From NCBI GenBank assembly GCA_037443035.1, contig JBBIPC010000027.1, forward strand, positions 1 through 38,622: DNA of 38,622 nucleotides, read 5' to 3'. Below, piece after piece: positions 9,420-16,646 of this stretch. The notes beneath the pieces are model-generated. The model ran no database searches, was not told the DNA's origin, and worked only from the letters and a program-made list of their open reading frames with translations. Origin of the DNA: Chthonomonadales bacterium. GTDB taxonomy: Bacteria; Armatimonadota; Chthonomonadetes; Chthonomonadales; CAJBBX01. Made by a program: the position numbers and the translations under genes. Numbering within the stretch: the first letter of the stretch is position 1; every line of letters starts with the position of its first letter.

Positions 9420-10292
9420 CTACCCTTTCCATGCTATGAGGCCCACTCCTGCGACCACCAGAAGGGCCGCGAGCATTCGGCTCCATGCCCCTTGTTCTCC
9501 TAGGATCCGCAGACCTCCTGCGACGCCGAACATGACGGACACGGTCCGCAGGGGAACGATGTAGGACACGGGAGCATGGGGCATGGCCATGGCGAGCAGG
9601 ACGAGGAGGTATGCACCCGGTATGAGCAGGCCCACTGCCACGGCTGCGGGACCATGGCGGCGCCACTCGGTAACCAGCGCTTCGGTGCCCTTGCGGTACC
9701 AAAGGACAGGCGCCAGGATCAGACCCGAGGCACCGTGCGCCAGACAGAGGTACAGAACAGGGTGGACCCCTACCCGCGAGACGGCTGCCTTGTCCACGAT
9801 GCTATACGCAGCGTACATCGTGCCAACGAGAAGGGCCCAGCCGGCGGCTCGTGCCATGCCGCGGAGGACCTCCTCCGTCCCTATTGGCGCCTGAAGCACC
9901 ACGACGGCGGCAAGGATCAGAGCGACACCCACCAGGCCTTCAGCAGTCAGCCGTTCACCCAGGAGCGTTACCCCGAAGATAACCGTCAGTAGAGGTCCGC
10001 TGCCTCTTGCGAGAGGATAGGCGTACGACAAGTCCGCATGCTTGTATGCGCGGCTGAGAGCGAGGTAGTTGACGGCATAGAGACAGCCAGAAACCCCAAT
10101 GCAGAGCCAACCCGCAGGAGGAATCGGATGGCGGATGCCGAATCCAATGGCAACGGGCGTGTAGAGAACGCATGTAGCGATCAGGTACAGAGCCGTGAAT
10201 GCTCCTTTGTCGCCCGCGCGTTTCACCAGCAAGTTCCATCCAGCGTGCAGGACACAGGAGATCAGCACAAGCCCTATGGCTACGCCTGTCAC
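9420..10292 (-). CDS. EamA/DMT family transporter
   Basis: About 10 hydrophobic segments; LHAGWNLLVK, AYKHADLSYAYPLARG and YSIVDK motifs. Confidence 0.85.
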   Translation of the reverse strand: MTGVAIGLVLISCVLHAGWNLLVKRAGDKGAFTALYLIATCVLYTPVAIGFGIRHPIPPAGWLCIGVSGCLYAVNYLALSRAYKHADLSYAYPLARGSGPLLTVIFGVTLLGERLTAEGLVGVALILAAVVVLQAPIGTEEVLRGMARAAGWALLVGTMYAAYSIVDKAAVSRVGVHPVLYLCLAHGASGLILAPVLWYRKGTEALVTEWRRHGPAAVAVGLLIPGAYLLVLLAMAMPHAPVSYIVPLRTVSVMFGVAGGLRILGEQGAWSRMLAALLVVAGVGLIAWKG

Positions 10293-10398
10293 AGGAGCCT
10301 CTTTGGTGGAAGTGGTACCGCGTCACTCCCGGGCACGCTGGGCCGGTTGTACGGCGTCGAAGGGCGCGAAAGAACTTCCAAAGGAAACACTTGTCTTG

Positions 10399-10427
10399 TT
10401 GTCCGGCGGCGATGGGTCTGCTATAAT
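10399..10427 (+). promoter_or_regulatory. sigma70 promoter upstream of dnaA
   Basis: TTGTCC (10399-10404), 17 bp spacer, extended -10 TGcTATAAT (10419-10427). Confidence 0.7.
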
Positions 10428-10459
10428 GGCGCTCTACCCACTTGCAGGCACACTCCACG

Positions 10460-11905
10460 ATGGCTGATCCGCAACCGTCCCTGCTCGACTCACCGGAGGC
10501 ACTCGAAGCCCGACGCATCTGGGGCCGAGCGCTGCCACAGCTCGCCAACAAGCTTACCCGCATGACATTCGAGAGCTTCGTGGCGCAGATCCGACCTATT
10601 GCCCTCGTGGACCGCCGAATCGAGCTTGGAGTTGCCACAGCCTTCGCAAAGGAATGGCTGGAGCGGCGCTACGAGGGTGCGATCCGCTCGGTCCTGGAAG
10701 CTGTGGCAGGCAGGAACCTGGAGGTTGTCTTCAGGGTTATGCCCAAGACGTTCGCCACAGGAGAGCCGGAAGCTCATACGACTGACGGTGTTCAGAGCAA
10801 CGAGATCCACAACCATAGGACAGCCAACCGACAGGACACCAAGCTGGGGGAATACCACCGGGAGATCTGCGCGCCCTTCGACACGCGGCTTACGTTCGAG
10901 ACGTTCGTCGTTGGCAAGACCAATCGGCTCGCATACTCGGCGGCCATGGCCGTGGCGGATACGCCAGGTCTCCACTTCAATCCTCTCTTCATCTACGGTC
11001 CCTCCGGTCTGGGCAAGACGCATCTGCTCCACTCCATCGGTCAGCGGATCGCGGCGGCGAATGGATCCCTGCGCATCCTTCTCGTGGACGGCGAGAGCTT
11101 CACACACCACTACGTGAACTCGCTCAGGGAGAAGCGCTTCGACCTGTTCCGGCGCTACCTCCGCAGCGTGGATGTCTGGCTCGTAGACGACATCCAGAGC
11201 ATCGCGGGCAAAGAGCACACCAGGGAGGAGTTCTTCCATACTCTCAACGCCATGCAGCAAAGGAGGAAGCAGATCGTCCTCACGAGCGACAAGACGCCGA
11301 GAGAGCTCCACGCTATGGACGACCGGCTGCGGTCTAGGCTGGAGGCAGGCCTCATCGCCGACATCGCGCCGCCTGAGCTGGAGACGCGCCTTGCCATACT
11401 CCAGCAGTTCTGCCTCCAGAACGGCTATGACATTCCGGAGGATGTCTGCTATGTCATTGCCGATTCCATACAATCCAACATCAGAGCCCTGGAAGGAGCA
11501 GCGACACGCGTTGCCATCCAGTCCTCCGTTCTCCAGGTGCCGCCGGACCTAGAGCTGGTAGAATCGGTGCTGACCCATTTCTTCATAGATATGCGGGGCG
11601 CAAGGCTCAAGCGCGCTGTAAGCCTCACAACGGTAGCCAGCGTCGTGGGGGAGTCTTTCGGTGTGTCCGTCGAAGCCCTGGTGAGCAAGCGACGGGACAC
11701 GAGGACTTCGCTCGCTCGGCACGTTTTCATGTACCTGGCGCGCGACCTCTGCCACGAGAGCTGCAAAGCCATCGGTGCCTACCTGGGAGGTCGGAGCCAC
11801 ACAACCATCCAGAGGGGCGCAGAGCATGTGCTCAGCCTCATGGATCGCGATCCTGACCTTCGCAGACACGTACTCGCTCTCCAGGCGAAGATACGCGCCC
11901 ACTGA
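10460..11905 (+). CDS. dnaA: Chromosomal replication initiator DnaA with divergent domain IV
   Basis: TFETFVVGKTN, Walker A GPSGLGKTHL, Walker B LVDDIQ, EEFFHTLN, DRLRSRL, NIRALEGA, GGRSHTT. ATG 10460 preferred over TTG 10442. Confidence 0.93.
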   Translation: MADPQPSLLDSPEALEARRIWGRALPQLANKLTRMTFESFVAQIRPIALVDRRIELGVATAFAKEWLERRYEGAIRSVLEAVAGRNLEVVFRVMPKTFATGEPEAHTTDGVQSNEIHNHRTANRQDTKLGEYHREICAPFDTRLTFETFVVGKTNRLAYSAAMAVADTPGLHFNPLFIYGPSGLGKTHLLHSIGQRIAAANGSLRILLVDGESFTHHYVNSLREKRFDLFRRYLRSVDVWLVDDIQSIAGKEHTREEFFHTLNAMQQRRKQIVLTSDKTPRELHAMDDRLRSRLEAGLIADIAPPELETRLAILQQFCLQNGYDIPEDVCYVIADSIQSNIRALEGAATRVAIQSSVLQVPPDLELVESVLTHFFIDMRGARLKRAVSLTTVASVVGESFGVSVEALVSKRRDTRTSLARHVFMYLARDLCHESCKAIGAYLGGRSHTTIQRGAEHVLSLMDRDPDLRRHVLALQAKIRAH

Positions 11906-12180
11906 CGCACAGAGTGTGCACACCGCTATCTGCTCTAGAGCCGATCGAGCATTACGCCCATCCGGCGGTCCTGGGCTCCGTACGCTGCCAGCTGAGATGC
12001 GCGCCGTGTGTGCGTTAGTAACACGCTAGGTGAGCGCTAAGTGATGTTATGCACGTTCTGCATTGGTACATTGACAGAAAGTCCTTCTGAAGATGAGAGC
12101 GGTCATCATGTAGAGACGCGTGGCAGTCCAGCAGGCCGGGGGTCCCCTCGTGTCAGAAGTGCTGCGGCGATACATCTGCG

Positions 12181-13329
12181 ATGATCCTTCAGCGGCTCAC
12201 ACTTCGTACGTTTCGGAACTACGAAGCGCTGACTCTCGAACCAGCCCCAGGCCTGAACATCCTCGTGGGTGAGAATGCCCAGGGCAAGAGCAATCTGCTG
12301 GAAGCTATTTATCTTCTAGCTACGACGAAGAGCTTTCGAGCGGTCCATGAGTCCGAGGCCATTCAGGACTCTGCGACCGAAGCGATCATTTCTGGCTCGG
12401 TTCTGAAGGACAATGGATCGAGCACGGACATCGAGCTCGTCATCAGCGAGAACGAACGGAAGACCGCCCGGATCAACAGTGCCAAGACGGCTCGTGCCGT
12501 GGATCTTCTCGGGCATCTTCACGCCGTTTTCTTCGGTGCCTTGGACCTGAGGCTGGTCACAGGCGAACCAGCTACCCGGCGTCGCTACATGGACCTTGCC
12601 ATCTCCCAGACGACGCCAGCGTATTGCAGCGACCTCGCTGGGTACAAGCGGGTGCTACTTCACCGCAACAACCTCTTGAGGCGCCTGCGCGACGCGTGGT
12701 TCGCCCACAGTGGACTGGAGGTCTTCAGCGCACAACTAGCAGACTTCGGCTCGCGCCTCATCGCCAAGCGCCTTTCGTTCGCGGTGGAGCTTACAGACCT
12801 GGCCGGCACGGCACACTCCAGCCTCTCTGGGGGCACCGAGACCCTCTCAGTTCGTTACGCACCGTCACCGAACGTCGGCAGCGCAGAGACGCCGGAGGAG
12901 ATAGCCCGGGTCTTCGCGGACGCTCTGTCACGTGTTGCCGATGATGAGGTCCGACGCGGCACTTCGCTCGTTGGCCCTCAGCGGGACGACCTTCGTTTTC
13001 GGATCAACGGTCTCGAGGTTCGGACTTTCGGCTCTCAAGGACAACAGCGTACCGCGGTGCTCAGTCTGAAGATGGCTGAGCTGAGCTTCATGGAACGTCA
13101 CACAGGGGAGCGACCAGTCTTGCTGCTGGATGACGTCATGTCGGATCTGGACGATCAGAGGCGGTCTCGGCTCATCGAACGAATCTGGGGCCGCTGTCAG
13201 ACGTTCGTCACGTGCACGAATCTCCGCAGCTTTCCGAAGGAACTGCTGCAAGACGCCGCCGTATTCCGGGTAGCCGAGGGGCATGTAGAGCCTCTCGCTA
13301 ATGCGCAGCCAGGCCTCAGTGCAGGATAG
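12181..13329 (+). CDS. recF: DNA replication/repair protein RecF
   Basis: FRNY, GENAQGKSNLLEAI, GPQRDDL, GSQGQQRT, LLLDDVMSDLD motifs. Confidence 0.97.
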   Translation: MILQRLTLRTFRNYEALTLEPAPGLNILVGENAQGKSNLLEAIYLLATTKSFRAVHESEAIQDSATEAIISGSVLKDNGSSTDIELVISENERKTARINSAKTARAVDLLGHLHAVFFGALDLRLVTGEPATRRRYMDLAISQTTPAYCSDLAGYKRVLLHRNNLLRRLRDAWFAHSGLEVFSAQLADFGSRLIAKRLSFAVELTDLAGTAHSSLSGGTETLSVRYAPSPNVGSAETPEEIARVFADALSRVADDEVRRGTSLVGPQRDDLRFRINGLEVRTFGSQGQQRTAVLSLKMAELSFMERHTGERPVLLLDDVMSDLDDQRRSRLIERIWGRCQTFVTCTNLRSFPKELLQDAAVFRVAEGHVEPLANAQPGLSAG

Positions 13330-13416
13330 TCCTTCGATCGTTGTACTGCAGAAGTCGGGCCAAGAGCCGAGAGGCAGGAGGCACAAGAGAAGGTCGGGAG
13401 CTGCACACCACCTTCG

Positions 13417-13450
13417 CCCTGCCCGCGTGCGGGGAGGGTTGGGGAGGGGG
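13417..13450. repeat. REP-like GC-rich palindromic element
   Basis: CCCTGCCCGC-GT-GCGGGGAGGG-TTGGGGAGGGGG: imperfect stem plus G-rich tail, resembling the widespread 'CCCTCCCC..GGGGAGGGTTGGGGAGGGG' dispersed repeat. Single copy in this window. Confidence 0.5.
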
Positions 13451-13478
13451 CGTCCGGATATCGGACGCCCCTTGCTTT
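13447..13478 (+). terminator. Probable intrinsic terminator downstream of recF
   Basis: Perfect 10-bp stem GGGGCGTCCG / CGGACGCCCC with a 5-nt loop, followed by TTGCTTT. Confidence 0.6.
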
Positions 13479-13482
13479 GAGG

Positions 13483-13656
13483 TCAGTAGATCGTCAACGC
13501 TCCTTCGCCGTAGCCGGCGTCGACCCAAGCGTCTCCGACAAACTCGCAGCGGATGGTATGCGAGCCAACGCTCAGGCCGGTGGTGTTGAAGAGGTAACGG
13601 GCAACGCCAGAGTGAACAGCCGGGCGCCCAGCATATCGTAAGCAGAAGGGTGCCAT
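13483..13656 (-). pseudogene. C-terminal fragment of a bacterial Ig-like (Big_3-type) repeat protein
   Basis: 57-aa frame below the ORF track cutoff, ending SGVARYLFNTTGLSVGSHTIRCEFVGDAWVDAGYGEGALTIY*. 'L.VG.HTI...F.GD' is typical of Ig-like group 3 repeats. In-frame stop just upstream. Confidence 0.55.
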
Positions 13657-13842
13657 CAACGATCTAACCTAGGCAGCGAGACGCGGGCGACCGGCACAGG
13701 ACACGCTGCCCGTCACCCTGGTCCTATCCCGCAGCAGGTAACCCACCGTCGAACGCCGTAATCCCTAGCAGGCGCCGGCGGGCTGAACCCCCTCGTTCCT
13801 CATCGTAGGCGATCTGGCGCCGTCACACTAGGAGTGTCTGCC

Positions 13843-16182
13843 ATGTACATTCGGGACGGCCAGCTCGCGATCCAACTCGATGGCACCTGGACCTTCACCT
13901 TCGAGCCGGCGGAGGAGGAAGCACTCCGAAAAGTTCGTAGTGTCGCCGACATAGATGCGACGGGGCGGCTAGCGTATCCGGCGACCGTGCCAGGGAACCT
14001 CGAGCTGGACTTGCTCGCGAACGGACTCATCGAGGAACCGTTCCACGGCATGAACATTGCCAGCCTCACTAGTCTGGAGACCATGCGCGTCGTGTACTGG
14101 AGGCGCTTCGAAGCTCGCCCGGCGCCGACAGGTTGTCCCGTTCTCGAGGCTGATGGTATCGACTGCTATGCCACCATCGTTCTCAACGGTCGCGTCCTCG
14201 GCCAGACCGACAATATGCTGATCGGTCATTCCTTTCCCCTTAGCCCTGACGACTTGCGCTCAGAAAACGAGATCCTCATTATCCTGGAACCGCCATTGCG
14301 ACCTGCCGATGAGCAGGACTACCCGCGTCTCCTTCAGGCCATGCCATCCAACTACGAGTCGCTTCGTACGCGAAAGGCGCCCCACATGTACGGCTGGGAT
14401 ATCATGCCGCGGGCGCTGTCGGCAGGCATCTGGAAGCCCATACGAATCTCGTTCTTACCTGAGGAGCGACTCGAGTGTGCATACTTGGAGACGCTGGAGC
14501 TTTCGCCTGACCGACGGAGCGCTACTTTGCATCTTCACTATCAGGCGCGCCTGAAGTCCCACCCCCACGATGGCTACGAGCTGCTGCTGGAAGCAAGCTG
14601 TGCAGATTCCGCCTTCACCCATCGCCAGCGCATTCTCGGCTATGGAGGCTCGTGGCGTTTCGAAGTTCAGGATCCTTGCTTGTGGTGGCCACGCGGACGG
14701 GGCGCCCAAAACCTCTATGACTGCACCCTTACCCTTCTTCACAGGGGGAAACCCCTCGATCGCCTGCAGTTTCGGATTGGCATCCGCACCGTCGCGCTCG
14801 AGCGCACGGACACAACGGACGAAGCCGGCCGCGGAGAGTTCTGCTTCTACGTGAATGGAGAGCGTCTGTTCGTTCTGGGAACCAACTGGGTACCTCTGGA
14901 CGCCTACCACAGCCGAGATATTCAGCGAGTGGACGCCGCCATGGAGCTCGTCACCGACATTGGCTGCAACATGATTCGGTGCTGGGGCGGCAATGTCTAC
15001 GAAAGCGAACGATTCTACGACTTGTGCGATGAAAAGGGGATCCTCGTCTGGCAGGATTTCGCCATGGCATGTGCCATCTATCCCCAGGACGCTGCCTTTC
15101 AAGAGGTCTTGCGTCGCGAAGCGGTGGCTGTGATCCGGCGGCTGCGGCAGCATCCTTGCATCGCTCTGTGGGCTGGCGACAATGAATGCGACTATTCCTT
15201 CCTCTGGGGTGCTAGCGGCGTGGACCCCAACACCAACGTGCTGACACGTCGCGTCTTGCCCGAGGTTGTACGATGCGAGGATCCTCGGCGTCCTTATCTG
15301 CCCAGCTCGCCTTACATCTCGCCGGCTGCCATGGAGAAGGGTGTTCGCTACCTTCCCGAGGACCATCTATGGGGACCGCGGGACTACTACAAGAGCGCCT
15401 ACTACCAGACGGCCCTGTGCCACTTCGCTAGCGAGATTGGCTATCACGGATGCCCAGATGCTGAGTCCATCCGCGAGTTCCTCACACCCGAGGCGGTCTG
15501 GCCGTACTACGACAACGCCGAATGGTTGCTCCACTCCACATCTCCAGTGCCCGGTGTGAACCTGTTCGACTATCGTGTGGAGTTGATGGCGAAACAGGTG
15601 CGGGTGCTTTTCGGAACGGTGCCGGATAATCTGGAGGAGTTCGTGTACGCCAGCCAGAGTTCACAGGCTGAAGCGATGAAGTTCTTCATCGAGATGTTTC
15701 GATCGCAGAAGTGGCGGCGGACCGGTATTATCTGGTGGAACATTTTGGACGGCTGGCCTCAGTTCTCCGATGCGGTGGTGGACTACTACTTCCGGCGCAA
15801 GCGGGCCTATCGCACCATCCGCCGTTCCCAGGCGCAGGTGTGCATGATCCTCAGAGAACCTGTCGAGGGAGAGCAGGAGATCGTCATCTGCAATGACATG
15901 CATGACGCCATTCCTGTTCGGTTTCGGGTTACCGATCTGCACTCCGGGGCGGTGCTTGCACAGGGAGAGGACGAGATGGCCGGCGACCTGGTGACGGTTG
16001 TTGGTGAGATACCGTACAACTCCTCCGATCAGCGGGTCCTCGTCATGGAGTGGGACACTCCCGTGGGAAGCGGTTGGAATTACTACCTTTCCGGCGAACC
16101 GCCCTTCGATCTCCACTGGTATCGTGACGCCATGAACCGCCTCGACGCACGCGAGGCGTCCGATACGAACGGAGGTGACTGA
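13843..16182 (+). CDS. GH2 beta-mannosidase-like glycoside hydrolase, no signal peptide
   Basis: RKAPHMYGWD, GTNWVP, NMIRCWGG, GILVWQDF, HPCIALWAGDNE, FASEIG; AGGAG before ATG 13843. Confidence 0.88.
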   Translation: MYIRDGQLAIQLDGTWTFTFEPAEEEALRKVRSVADIDATGRLAYPATVPGNLELDLLANGLIEEPFHGMNIASLTSLETMRVVYWRRFEARPAPTGCPVLEADGIDCYATIVLNGRVLGQTDNMLIGHSFPLSPDDLRSENEILIILEPPLRPADEQDYPRLLQAMPSNYESLRTRKAPHMYGWDIMPRALSAGIWKPIRISFLPEERLECAYLETLELSPDRRSATLHLHYQARLKSHPHDGYELLLEASCADSAFTHRQRILGYGGSWRFEVQDPCLWWPRGRGAQNLYDCTLTLLHRGKPLDRLQFRIGIRTVALERTDTTDEAGRGEFCFYVNGERLFVLGTNWVPLDAYHSRDIQRVDAAMELVTDIGCNMIRCWGGNVYESERFYDLCDEKGILVWQDFAMACAIYPQDAAFQEVLRREAVAVIRRLRQHPCIALWAGDNECDYSFLWGASGVDPNTNVLTRRVLPEVVRCEDPRRPYLPSSPYISPAAMEKGVRYLPEDHLWGPRDYYKSAYYQTALCHFASEIGYHGCPDAESIREFLTPEAVWPYYDNAEWLLHSTSPVPGVNLFDYRVELMAKQVRVLFGTVPDNLEEFVYASQSSQAEAMKFFIEMFRSQKWRRTGIIWWNILDGWPQFSDAVVDYYFRRKRAYRTIRRSQAQVCMILREPVEGEQEIVICNDMHDAIPVRFRVTDLHSGAVLAQGEDEMAGDLVTVVGEIPYNSSDQRVLVMEWDTPVGSGWNYYLSGEPPFDLHWYRDAMNRLDAREASDTNGGD

Positions 16183-16646
16183 TGCCCCGTCTCCTGCTCT
16201 TCGCTGCTTGTCGGCAGGTGCTGCTCAACGCTAGGGATGACACTGTGTCCCTCGTCAGTCTCCTGGAGCGCGTCAGTGTCCAGATGGATGCCGACGGAAA
16301 CGTTCCCACTGTGGCCGATGTAACGTGGGAACACCTGAGCATCTGGGAGGCAGAGTTCGGTGACACTGGTCAGAGTTTCGAGCAGCGACTCGAGGTGGTA
16401 CTACCGGATCGCAGGGTCGCCGCTGAAGCGCGTCATACCTTCGCCATGGAGCAGCAACAGCTCAGGGTGGTGGGCAGCGTGGCAGGCTTCCCGAGCCGTA
16501 TGGAGGGACGCTACATCGTTCGGCTGTCCGTTCGCAACGTCCTGGATCCCGATACGTGGCTGCGCGTATGCGAGTACCCAGTTACCGTGCAGTACCTTCC
16601 AGCGGCAGAATCTCCAGCGTCGCCTCCGCCGTCAGTTCCTCGTTAG
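16182..16646 (+). CDS. Hypothetical beta-rich protein (DUF6941-like)
   Basis: TGATG overlap with the GH2 stop and GGAGG upstream; N-terminus LLLFAACRQV...VSLVSLLE. Family assignment tentative. Confidence 0.6.
   Translation: MPRLLLFAACRQVLLNARDDTVSLVSLLERVSVQMDADGNVPTVADVTWEHLSIWEAEFGDTGQSFEQRLEVVLPDRRVAAEARHTFAMEQQQLRVVGSVAGFPSRMEGRYIVRLSVRNVLDPDTWLRVCEYPVTVQYLPAAESPASPPPSVPR

Noticed and set aside
12071..12100. TTGACA upstream of recF as a -35 element
   Set aside because: No acceptable -10 hexamer at 16-18 bp spacing.
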